A DNA stretch of 64,000 bases, taken from positions 3,524,722 through 3,588,721 of the forward strand of contig OZ037766.1 of NCBI GenBank assembly GCA_964035545.1. The letters run 5' to 3'. The notes below the pieces were generated by a model. That model had not been told where the DNA came from and did not search any database. It saw nothing but the letters and a program-made list of their open reading frames with translations. The translations under genes and the position numbers were made by a program. The stretch comes from Bugula neritina. Taxonomy: Eukaryota > Animalia > Bryozoa. Below, piece by piece: positions 52,254 to 64,000 of the stretch (position 1 is the first letter of the stretch; every line of letters begins with the position of its first letter).

Positions 52254-54437
52254 GAGATGGAATTATTATTCTGGTGGTTGGAGCCAGCCTTCTTTTCATT
52301 CTTATTGTGTGTCTCATAGCACTGATGTGTACTTACTGTAAGTCAACTAAAAGGTAAGTCGGATGGACAACTCCGTATTTATTAAAGTAAGCCAATGTTT
52401 TGAGTCATCTGATTGAAATAATAAGGGTTAGTTGATAGATAATGAATCACAAAAGTATATTTACCAGAAACTAGATCAATTCACTGATTTAGAATTGAGT
52501 CAGTGAAGCAAAAACTGTAATTCTGTTTTTAATGCAATATTTTTGATGAAACAAAAATGCCTTTTCTAGAGTTGACCAATCTAATATTTTGTTTAATGAT
52601 GTGTAACTTACGTGGAAAAAAAATATCTACGTACTGAGTAATATATTGGGTCTTGAATATAAAAACGTAGTTATTTTAGTAAGCATTTTTTAATATTTTA
52701 AATAATCAGTCTTGTCAGACACCATTGATCTATGAACTAAATGTTTGAATTTTCAACAAAGGGGCTTTTTGCAAATATAGGAGAGAATATAGGGAACTTC
52801 TCTGGTGACTATGTTTTTTAGTCAGTTAATTGGTACTAATTATTCTGAAGTTGGCTTATTAACAACAAGAAAGTTAGTTTCCCATTTCATTCTTCACTCA
52901 ACTCATTGTAATGGGTAAGTAATCACAACACCAATCTTTGTATAAATGAACAATGAGGAGAGGTTTGTATAGAGTAGATTGTTGTATTGGGTAGAAAACA
53001 GGTTATATGAATAGTAGGCATATAACAAAATATTATATTCAAGTACACTTATGCTATATAACACCGAAGTATCAACTGACATGTTGAGTCTACGCATGAA
53101 GAATCAAAGTCTCAAAACTATTTGATACGTTATGACTTTTGAGTAGGTTTTCTAACATTTCTATGTACAACTTTTTGGTGATCATCCATTTCTTACATAA
53201 AATTTATGTATCATGACTGAATACCACAGCAGTGTTATTTGGAAACTATCAAAGCCACATAAAACAAAGTATTTTGCAGTTAAAATATGGTGTATGGGTG
53301 TATGGGTGTGGTGAGCCCGTAACAATAATATGACTTGTTCAATCACTACATTAAAATATTCAAAAAACAGTGAAGCAATCCAACAGCTGAAACCTAACTA
53401 GTAGTAATACAAATTAACATCAAATACAGCTCATTAAACTGTGTCTTTATATACTATACATTAGACTGTGTTTCAGAAGTTGTATCTGTACACAGTTTTA
53501 AATGTTTAGCAGCAAAAGTCAATAAAGTATGTTCATAGTTCACATTAATAAAGGGTTTTTTTTTCTTTGTGATTTGACTATATTGCTAAAGTGTCTATGG
53601 TGCTTATATTTTACTTTAGCCCTAAAACTGAAGATGATAGAAGGCCCCGATATGGCACCATCATTCCTTCAGTTACACAAAGGGCATCCCCTAAACCTTA
53701 CACAGTTCCATCTCACGCCTCTCCTTCTACTTCAGGTACTAAAGAGACTGGTGCAGTTGCATCTCCTGCTAATACAGGTAACTATAATACATTATTCTTC
53801 TCAACACAATGTAATATTATCATTTTGATATAAGTGATTTTATATATATAGAACTTGTGAGACTTGGTTAGACTTGAGATACTAAATTGTGCTATTGATC
53901 ACTGCATCCTTAAATGAGCACAATCAAAGCTGATCAAAGGGGAAGATAATCTCTAAAAACTATTCTCAAAGATAATTATTCTCTTTGCAAGTTTGTAAAA
54001 TAACACAGTAGGGAAGAAATAGATCCATTGAAATTTTCAACTCCCTTATTTCCTTTTCTATAAAAAATGTGAAATCATATGGTTACTACCCTTCAACTCT
54101 TTAAAAGAACTGATGCGGTTTTCATGAAAATTTCTCTTCTTTTATACTGAGAGCACTCTAAATTTATAAATATATAAAATTAGGCAACATAGTTAGATAA
54201 AAAATCACTTGTTCTAGAATAATTGTTTGAGAACATCTCCATTTCAATGAGTAATAATAATTAATCATGTTGATGAGTTATCGTTTTATGCTTTGATAAG
54301 GGAGAGAACTAGAGGGCATAAACAATCCTTCATTTGAAAAACATTCTCAAAGAGAAGACGAATCAAAAGATATTTACGCAACTGTTAATAAGAATAAGAA
54401 GAGTGCTGAGGAGAAGGAAGCGCCTGTATATCTTTAA
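52254..54437 (+). CDS. Small single-pass membrane protein, transmembrane adaptor (PAG1/Cbp-type)-like; 5' end unresolved
   Basis: Exons 52254-52353, 53620-53777 and 54301-54437 join in frame: DGIIILVVGASLLFILIVCLIALMCTYCKSTKS-PKTEDDRRPRYGTIIPSVTQRASPKPYTVPSH...ANT-GRELEGINNPSFEKHSQREDESKDIYATVNKNKKSAEEKEAPVYL*. Confidence 0.7.
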
Positions 54438-55673
54438 TTTACTGGCAAAATAGTTTTGAACTTTACTTCATACTTTGATAAATCATAGTCTCTAAAATTT
54501 TGTAGGATATGCTCAAAAAGTGTGGGTATGATGTATATGGTCCGCTTTTATGTAGGTTTTCTTAAGCTAGTTGCTAAAAGATCAAAATTACTCACAACCT
54601 TAACCATGCATGGTTAAGGTTTTTGTCCACATTATTTGAACGAGTTATTATATTTACTTTGTTGCTGCTAACGTTGTAAAACAGCATGCAGATTTAGGTA
54701 GAATAAGTTATTGTGACAATTATAAAAAATACTTTTCATTGCATGGGTAAGAGGTGCTAAATTATGCTATGTTATGCATAGTAGTTGCTAATGTTAGAGT
54801 AGTACACATGTGTTTGTGATAATTATCTAACTGAAATTGTTATTAAGCAAAAGAAGCCAACAAGTTTATTTATATAAAACCTGTATGCAGTAATAATAGA
54901 ATATTATATCTTTTCAATCTTTTTCTTTGAATAAATATATATAGTATTGAAAGCTTCAGGTCATTTATAAGCAGTTTATAAAATAATAAAAATACGAATT
55001 AATGAGCCTAAAGCTTAAACTATCTTCATTAAAGCAAATAATCGCCAAAAATATTCCTATTGGTTTTTGAAACAATAGTCAACTCTGATGAACGACTAGT
55101 GAAAAAGCTATATCACAAATACATACTTTCTACTATAAAAGAACTATTCTGAAATGGTTTGTTTCAAGGTAACAGGTGTGTGTCCACAAATATAAATAAA
55201 TAACCGCAAAGGTCAACAATGTTATGTGTAAAAGAATAGACGCAAAGTACACAAAATATAAACATCACAATATATTGACAATATTAGTCACATTACTCAA
55301 TGATGTTTGCAGAAAATTAATTTTGCCGATGCTTCTTCTAGATAAATCGTGAGTTGTGTCTACTTGAACTTCTAAAGTCTTGGTTATAGAAGCATAACCC
55401 TGCATTTTGGATATGGGGATTGCAATAAAATGGAGAAATATTAAATTATATAATCATCTACAGACTTGAAAGATTGAATCTATCACAGCTATTTTTTAGA
55501 TTAAAAACACCTGACAATTCTCTAACTTTTCATCTACAGATGTAAGTAAGAATAGCTTAGGAAACATGTTATTTAACTTCTGGGTTATGTTATACGACCA
55601 GTAAGGTTTATCATACAGTTGGTAGGTTATATTATACAACCAGCAAGGTTCAGCATACAGGTGCTGCGCTCCA

Positions 55674-58600
55674 TTATACGGCAGGTAAATTCCAAGACAG
55701 CATTTGATATGTATCTCTTAGCTTCTGTTCCAAGGCTAGAGACTGAGCCTTATCTCTGGTTTCACAGACTACTTTCACTGCTACTTGAAATACGTCCGAC
55801 TTGATCCAAGCTCTTTCATGCAGCATGTCTTTTATACTGCAACAAGAAATGAGTGGATAACTCTATGTATGTAGCTGTCACTAGAAACTATAACAACACT
55901 ATTTATGATGTGAAATAAATTTGATGTTTGATTTTAGATAAAAAAAACTTTGGCCTTTTCATCAGTTTGGTCCCTCACAGAGGATACATGAAATTGACAG
56001 TTGGAAGTGAGTAAAGACATTGAGTCTCTTAATGACGAAAAATCTATTGAGTTAACGAATAATATTGCTAAAAAGTTTTGATTACTGAAATACTAAACAT
56101 ACATGCCTTTAGTAGTAAACCAATAGACATACATGTTACACATAATAAGCCAATGAAAACACATCTTACAAATGGTTGACCAATAAACACACTTGTTACT
56201 CACCTGACCCCCATATCACCAATAAGCTTGGAAACATCAGCGATGGCTCCACACGAATCTGGTACGAGAACTTTGAACGCGACCAAACGACCGTCAGCAG
56301 CCAAACCTCTTTCTAAACACCTTCCCAGAATGCTAGTGTCTATGTTTCCTCCGCAAAGCATCACCACCACCCTGCATAGTTTTACAAGAATACATTATAG
56401 CATAAGAAAGGACAACTTCAAAACGCTAAACAAAGGTCATAGAAAATGAAATAACATAACTGAGTTAATATTGCTTTCGATTAGAAAACAAAATAAAATC
56501 GCTTATAATATAAAAAATAAGTGGTTATAGAATTACATAATATTCTACATTTTAGAGTCTACAAACCTTTTGCCTTTAAGTTCAGGTAACTTGTCCTCCA
56601 GAATAGCTGCAACTCCTACAGCCCCGGCCCCTTCTATCACAGCCTTCTCCTGCTCGACCAGTCTGAGGATAGCTAAGGCTATGGCTTGCTCACTAAAACA
56701 TTACAGTCTTTGCATTTCCTTCCTTGTTCACAATGTTTAACATATTTCAGTGGACATGTATACAAGTTTCCTAACGAATTTGGACAGTTTTAAACTCCAA
56801 ATGAGCAAAGAAGTGGCAGGAGACTTTAGAAACTAATTTTAATTCCAATAAATTTTCTACAATCTTGAATCAGCAATAAGAGTGTTTCACCAACTGAATA
56901 CTCAAGTATCAGTCACATAGCCTGAGATAATGATAAAACGACACAACAAGCATAAAAGCTTTCTATACGCCACCCACCTCACTGATACCATCTTATCTAT
57001 AAGATCTTTGGCTGTAACGAAAGCATTCACACCAACTGTGGGAACAGCCAAACCTGAAATAAAGGTAAATCCGTTAGCCCAGTATCTGAGCATCAGAAAG
57101 AATATTGTTGGTTTTTGAGTCACAACAAGTTTTCAAACATTTCCCAATCTATGCTTCTGTACAATTTTACTCCGAGTATTGAAAATGAGTGAGTTTTTAC
57201 TCTAAACGACTTGACAAGTAAAACTCTACTTCAAGTAGACTTGGCACAGTGAATATCACTAGACGCTGACACATATTGACAATAAAATAGTCAAATAGAC
57301 TGGGTGCTATGTCTCACCATCGGCTAGGGTGTGCTCCACATGCGACGCAACTGGTTTGCCGTGTTTCAGAGCCTCAGCAAAGCTGCAGCATCTCTCCGGC
57401 TCAACACCCTACAATGTACAGTAGATCGTCAGTAGAGATCATATAAAGATGTTTCATACAGGCAACAGCTTTTTCTAATGAAGTGATTTTACTGTTAAAA
57501 CCCTTTTGCTGAGAAAATTTAAGCAAATTATATTTATATTTTTCCTACCCAATTTTAAGAACAGTAAGAAAGAACTTTTAATTTTAAAAATGTCATTCAA
57601 AATTAAATGCTACTACGCTTTATAATAGAAAACTAGTAATAGTATTTAAAAAAGGTACCCTTTATTAAATTGTTTTGTTGAGATTGCTGTTGTATCAGTT
57701 TTATATTTATATCATTTGTAAAATAATAATCCAGAAACCAGCGATAAAATATAAACTAACAGTTTCATGTTGGATAATGAAACTAATAAAATATTTTCAT
57801 AATAATGTCAACCTCCCTTTGGGTCAACTTCAGAGCAAAAACTGGTAAAAACATCAGCAGATGATAATGAGATAGCAGCACATGTGAGAACACAATAGCA
57901 AAACCCCTACCTTTTAATTTATCCAAGCCGCTAATTTAAAGTTGAACATTTGCCAACACTAACTGCTTTCAGACTAAATATATATAATTTGCAAAAAATA
58001 TTAGTGAACGGAACAAAGTGAAGCTGGCACCTAGCCAACTATTGATGCATCTTATATACTTCTCAAAGAATAAAATTAATATATTCAATATATTTGCAAA
58101 TAATTAACATGTCGAACATATGGCAAAGTTTTAAGGCTTGTCATATCTATCCAATAAAATTCAATGCTCTAAGCTGGTCTCAATTAAAATTAACCAACTA
58201 AAATATGTAGAATCTGAGATAGATTTTGATTAATCACTAAAATGAGTACAGCAACAGTTTAAGTTCAGTACAAGCCATGTCGTTATTTCAAACATGTGCT
58301 AGTCTTATTTTTCAGTTAATCCATTGCTATTCCGTAAGCATTATATCTATTTTTTTTAATCCTAAATACATAATATACAGAAAGCTGTTGGAGTTTGTAA
58401 ACTGTCGAGTGAAACTCATCAAAGCGATAATAGATTTTCCAACTAAAACGCATCTCTAAACAGAATTTTCATCAAAGTTTGACATAATTCTTGCGAATAG
58501 CGAAATTTCGAGCTTGATATGAGAACTTGTGTTAGCAAATGATAGACCATTTAGGTAAAGTAAAGAGAACACATAAATAACATAAAGTTTTTAATTTCTT

Positions 58601-61600
58601 TATGAATTTCAGTTTGGGGACAAGAATTGAAATTTTCACAAAAACATATTTTTTTCTCCATTTCTCATCAAGAGCACCAGCTTTTTTCAATTCCTCTTAC
58701 AAAACAACTTCATTATTAAAAAAACAAAAGAATATTGCTTGTTCATTCAGTGTTTCATTCCAGTTCTTAATCTCCTAAATTCTGTATAATTAGTAAAGTT
58801 TCAACAGTTACATATGTGCATGTATATTGTATAAAGTAATAACTTACAATAATCTGTATAGCGGGGTTGAGAGATTTGATGGCTAAAGCCACCCCAGCAA
58901 TTAGCCCCCCACCCCCTACAGGGATGACAACGGCATCAATGTTCTCTACTTGCTCCAAGATCTCTAGACCAGCTGTGCCCTGCCCTGCTATGATCTCGGG
59001 ATGGTCGTATCTGTCATAAGAAAGGAACTCAATGTTGGTTGACATCAGGTGTAGACAACTCAGAATTGAATATGACAATCATCATGTTCACAAAGTCTAA
59101 AGTTTTACTACTGCAATATGGCTAAATAATTTTAATTCATTAGAACTTTTTAAAATAATTCGCAATGCACCTTTTAAAATAATTCTTGCTTAATGATTTA
59201 AATCTAAATCTGAAAATATAGTTTTAGACAAAAATTTGGTGTAATATTATATGCCTTGTTGAGAAATGAGTTTGCTGATAGAATGAGAATATATTTGTAG
59301 AGAGTTTAGACATAGATGCTGGCACAGAAATAAGGGATATTTTGCAAGAGTTCAAAGCTAGGAAACATTTTATGATTATGACACTTGCATAACTATTGAC
59401 ACATGAATTTACAATATTCCTGTGTACTTGTGTTGTGTGTCACTTTCTCAGTATTTGTATGAAATCACTTGAATTATAATTATAGTAAAGTAGGTGCAAG
59501 ATAGAAACCAGTTGTATCCAGTTGCAGACACGTGACCTGGATGGCCTCACAGTTGCTATGTGTGGTATTGGTTGTTATGACATCCTGTTCTGATGACATG
59601 TGTCAAGACAGCTGACTAACACATGTCATCATCCGGATGAACTAGTCCTCACTCACTGGGCAGGTTCTTGTTACTTACTAGATATTTTAATCATTGAGGT
59701 ATGTTAATACAGTAATTTAAAAAATGTACATTTTAAACTGTCTACGGAGTGAATTAAATTTTGTGTATTTACTGCATCAAGTAGGAAAAGACCACTTTTG
59801 AGATTTAATGCCATGAATTAGGTTTAAAAAATAAAACATCTGTATAAATATATTTTCATACTGCATCAAGTTTAGGACAAATTAAAATTACAGTTTGAAA
59901 CAGTTTTTTTTCAAGAAATAATATTAAAATAATCTTACACACTCACCCATTCACATAGGACATCCCAAACTTTTTAGCTAGAACCAGAGCAATTTTCTTG
60001 GACTACAAGAAAACAGCATTAGTTATTTCAAGCTTATTTCCAAAAACAATTTCTGCACAGAGCATGTTTTGTTAATTGTTTGTTTCAACTTGAACTTGAA
60101 GTTAGCATAAAAAATGATTTAAAGCATGCAAAAACCAAAAAGTAATTGTTATAAAAAAAACAAAATCTGAACCATAAAAGCTCACTTTAAAGAGCACTAG
60201 TTACAGAAAACTGTAGACAACCACAGACTATCTAACCGAAGCTGAGACTACTACATGAATGAGAGACAAACCTCTCCGAGATCTTCGCCGGCTACAATCA
60301 CATTAGCCCCAAATACTTTACAGTTCTGTACTTTCATAATGGGGGCTATCTTGGGCATCACAACAGTAACGTTGATGTCCAGCAGCTGCCCGTGGTACGC
60401 TAAGGCTAGAGCGTGGTTTCCTGCGCTAGCTGCGACAACACCAACTGACTTTTTTGAAGCGGGGAGGTTCAGTAAAACATTGCGGGCTCCCCTTTCCTTG
60501 AAACTAAACAGAACTGAAGCTAGTAGCAAGTAATGCAAGGTTATGTTATATAAAATTATGTTTTATTCGATATATTGATATGGTTCGATAAAATAATATA
60601 CATACAATATTTGATGTAATGATGTGCATATATTATTTTATATACGAGAGTCACTTAAAGCTCACCTTCCTGTGAACTGATCAAATTCTTTCTTAAACCA
60701 GATATCCATATCATACATTCTGGACAAACCTGACCTCTACAACGAATATACACATCTTATATATTAATACTGTATATAACAAATATACACACCTGGCATA
60801 TTAATACTGTATGTAACAAATGAGTTACGAGAATTTCAGCCAGCGCCCTAAACCAAAATCTATCATGAAAATTAAAAATAGGTTATTGAAAATTCCACAA
60901 ATTACATACTCAGTGAATACAGCAATACACTGGAATCTACTAGAAATTATCTGCTCCCAACTCACCGTGCAGGGAGTCCTCAGCACCCCGGACTTTATTT
61001 TATAGGCAGCAGCGCTGACTTGCTGGAAGGTGCCGACCTTGGGGTTTTCAGGGTCACACATCTCGTCAAACTGGTTTTGAGGGTCCGAATCGTTCAACAT
61101 CTCAGCAATGTCCAGATTGGCCAAGCTCAGGGAAGATGCTATCCAATCAGAACAGGGCTTACACTATAAACAACCCTCCCTACTTGCTGACAGTGCAAGT
61201 AACTAAGATGCTAGCTCATTACATAATAGCGATAGCAATTAGTGATACTGGAAATGCTATTACAACACTACACAACATTTATTAGTGTGGGTGTGTACTA
61301 TTTTAGACTATAGTTAACATGAAATAATGTTAAGTTAAGTAGAATTTTGTGTTGGTGTTACAAAGCAGTTTTAGCTGCTCAAACGTTGCCACTATTTAGT
61401 TGTGTAATTTATACAAGTTTTATACTGAGCCTATACCTTATCTCTAGCTATATCCAAATAAGAACCTTTATATACTCTTTAGGCGTACCAGAAAAGCTTT
61501 CTTAAAATATATGGAAAGGATTTAATCTTGAGTCTATAATATGAATACCAACAATAAATGATTGAATGTAATACTTCTTATGTAATATCAGAGCGCATAC

Positions 61601-62924
61601 CTGTAGCTATAACCCCCTTGCCAGGGGGTGCCAAGCAATGGGGTAAATTAGTTCCATTCTCCTTCACTTCTCTCATATCTGTGTCACTGCTGGTCAGGGA
61701 GTTACCTGAGCTCTTTGCACAATCTGATAGTTTAATAGAAAAAAATGCAACATTACACTACTCAAGGTACCACAGGTGCACACCCCCTAAGCCCTAAGGT
61801 ATATAATATATACACCCCTCCCCCACGGTGTAACATATGTATACATTCTCCCTCCTAAGGTATAAGAGGTGTGCTCTATACAATTGCTTGCAGTAAAATT
61901 TGCTACAAAATGTACTTCGGTTTTTAGAAAGCATTCTACAGAATCTGTAGGGACTAGATTGCAGAAATAATACTACTTTATGGCCACCCAGTAATCAGGT
62001 ACGGAAATGTCAAGATGTAAGAATAACACATGTTTACATTACTTTGCTTAGCAACCAAACTGATCGCCTAGCAACCAAATTTACATTCCAGCCAGCCCTG
62101 GTCCTTAATAGCAGCATTCAATTTCCAACACTAAGAAAAATATCTAAAATTGAAGTAATTTTGCCAAACAGTAGGATTGGTTTCGTTAGTAATTTTTTTC
62201 TTATTTGTTTTCATGCCTACCTTAATAAAATGTGCACTATCTGCCCAGAGTTTCAGTGTTGACTAACTTAAGACATGACTTGAAGCTGCTTATATTACAG
62301 TTAAATTTGGCAGAGATGACGTATGCAATGTCAAAGGTCAGCTATTACTGTAGGAATAAAGTCAGCCAGCAATGACAGTAAAACCAAAAACATAAGTCAA
62401 GTAAGTAAGTTGAGAAATTTAAAAACATATGTTTTATAACTGCAGCCGTGGTCTAGGGGTTAGAGCTTTTGCCTAGTAAACACGAAAGACATGGGTTCGA
62501 GCCCTGACAAAGGCCATTGGTGATGTTAGGAAGAGCATCCAGTCATAATTGCTCCTGTACCTCATTTAAAAAAGTCCTTAGCCTGCTTTAACAAAAACCC
62601 TTTCTATCTGGGGTTTCTCACAGGGATAGTGACTATAAACTTGCGTGAGTTTTATAATTGCAAAATTCTTCTAAGCCAACAATTTACTATTATAATATAT
62701 AACAAAATATTATATATGTATTGTTTTAAAATATAGCTTTAAGGTATAATTCTAAACTAGATACACATTCTAGTCACCGGCTCAAAACTGTATATTAACC
62801 TTTTACTACTTGTAAAATATTATAAAAATTAGATATTAACTATGAAATAAGTATACATATCACCCATTAAAAGAAAAGTATGCAGTGTAGCAGTAAAATA
62901 ATAGTCACCTTCAACATCCTCCAT
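55674..62924 (-). CDS. PLP-dependent L-threonine/L-serine ammonia-lyase (TdcB/serine-racemase family) with C-terminal ACT domain (12 coding exons)
   Basis: Exons 62924-62909, 61723-61601, 61138-60966, 60736-60666, 60503-60272, 60002-59947, 59010-58848, 57408-57318, 57053-56978, 56692-56567, 56371-56204, 55836-55674. Motifs TGSFKERG (PLP lysine), ASAGNH, IAGQGT, PVGGGGL, TLADGL, EGAGA, LCGGNID, then ACT-like [10 protein letters not shown]...VCETRD. The first two exons are less certain. Confidence 0.92.
62443..62653 (+). mobile_element. tRNA-Thr(AGT)-derived SINE, copy 2 (more intact)
   Basis: A box TGGTCTAGGGG, anticodon-loop remnant CTAGTAAACA, B box GGTTCGAGCC. Flanked by the near-direct repeat GTTTTATAA(C/T)TGCA (62431-62444, 62649-62662), consistent with a TSD. 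Confidence 0.85.
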
Positions 62925-64000
62925 GTTCTTAAACTTAGCAAGCTATCACTGTCAGTAAGAAATAGAGTCCCTTGGCTACAATGCAAGAATAATTATAGCA
63001 ACCTGGATGAATGCTGTTTTACTGCTTCAACTTTAGCATGCAATTACTGAGCAAGGCAGTGGATAACAGGTACTTGTTGGCTGTGAATTAGTAATAAAGT
63101 GGCATTACTTTCTAAACTTTGGTATGCTATGTAATTGCTTTAGGTTTCTGCAAGATTAGTAGCTGTGCAATGCTTATTGCCTATATTCACTTTGAATATT
63201 TTTACTAACAGGTAGAGATTGAAATTATCTAGCCACATGTGCACTTACTACTCTGAATATTTTACCTGCATGTGAAGTTGAAAAATATATAACCATACAT
63301 GTGTGAACTTATCAGTTGAAGCTATTTTCATACCTATGTTGCTAATCATCACCTATGTAGTTACTATTTGAAGATACCAGCAAATGTTGAGCCAGTCATT
63401 TACAACAAAAGCAACTATTTGTAATCCAAACAACTAAGTTATGTTTTGTATTATTCATAAATAAAGGCCTTTTTCCATAATATAATAGTAGTAAATGTAG
63501 TACCTTCACAATAAAAGTTGCTGCTAATTCAATTTTGAGCAAATTCTAGTATTTTGTAATATTTTATGCTTAAAAATTAAGCTATAAAGTACTACTAGGA
63601 GTTACACTCAATAACTTCTAGTAGTATTTATATCAATTTAAGCAAGCATAAGTCATCAAATGAGATGCAAGAGTCTTACTATTAGGCTACTGTTAATAGC
63701 TGTATTTGGTGTGAGGATAATACTAATAGTAGAACTAGATGTAGTACTGGTAGTACTACTACAAGTTTATCATTATGAATGCATCAAATTCAATATGAAC
63801 ATCAATAATGATGGTAATGAAATTCAAATTGAATATCAATATCAGTTTGAGTTTGGATATGAATACTGATAAGATTAAATTTAATTGGATTATGATTACA
63901 AAGTAAAACTTGTACAATAGTAATACTACTAGTACTACTAGTAAAACCATTAAGTCTAACAAGTAATGGCTGGAACTGGAAGTAATACCAGTACTAGTAG

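Noticed and set aside
59500-59640. Intronic C/D box snoRNA (ATGATGA on the minus strand)
   Set aside because: No CTGA D box at a suitable distance.
62443-62516. Functional tRNA gene
   Set aside because: The acceptor stem does not pair, and the sequence continues into a body shared with 24783-24983; it is a SINE head.

Overview
AT-rich eukaryotic (invertebrate animal) genomic DNA with compact GT-AG introns. No prokaryotic features, CRISPR arrays or rRNA genes were seen. Left to right: the 5' part of huntingtin (HTT, minus strand, 11 coding exons, no polyQ); an intact, very young 4500-bp Ty3/Gypsy LTR retrotransposon (LTRs identical by eye, 5-bp TSD, single gag-pol ORF) between HTT and its likely promoter; CACYBP/SIP (plus); an uncharacterised 179-aa coiled-coil gene (minus); a full srGAP gene (F-BAR, RhoGAP, SH3; plus) with two alternative first coding exons and a candidate cassette exon; a small single-pass membrane gene missed by the ORF track that has the architecture of a PAG1/Cbp-type transmembrane adaptor (plus); and a PLP-dependent threonine/serine dehydratase with an ACT domain (minus). 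Repeats include two MITE families, two copies of a tRNA-Thr-derived SINE, a decayed Penelope-like fragment, minisatellites and microsatellites. Exon boundaries were read by eye and checked for phase consistency; no database searches were run. Best candidates for novelty: the TRAP-like adaptor gene, the fresh Gypsy insertion upstream of the HTT coding region, and the srGAP isoform and splicing architecture.
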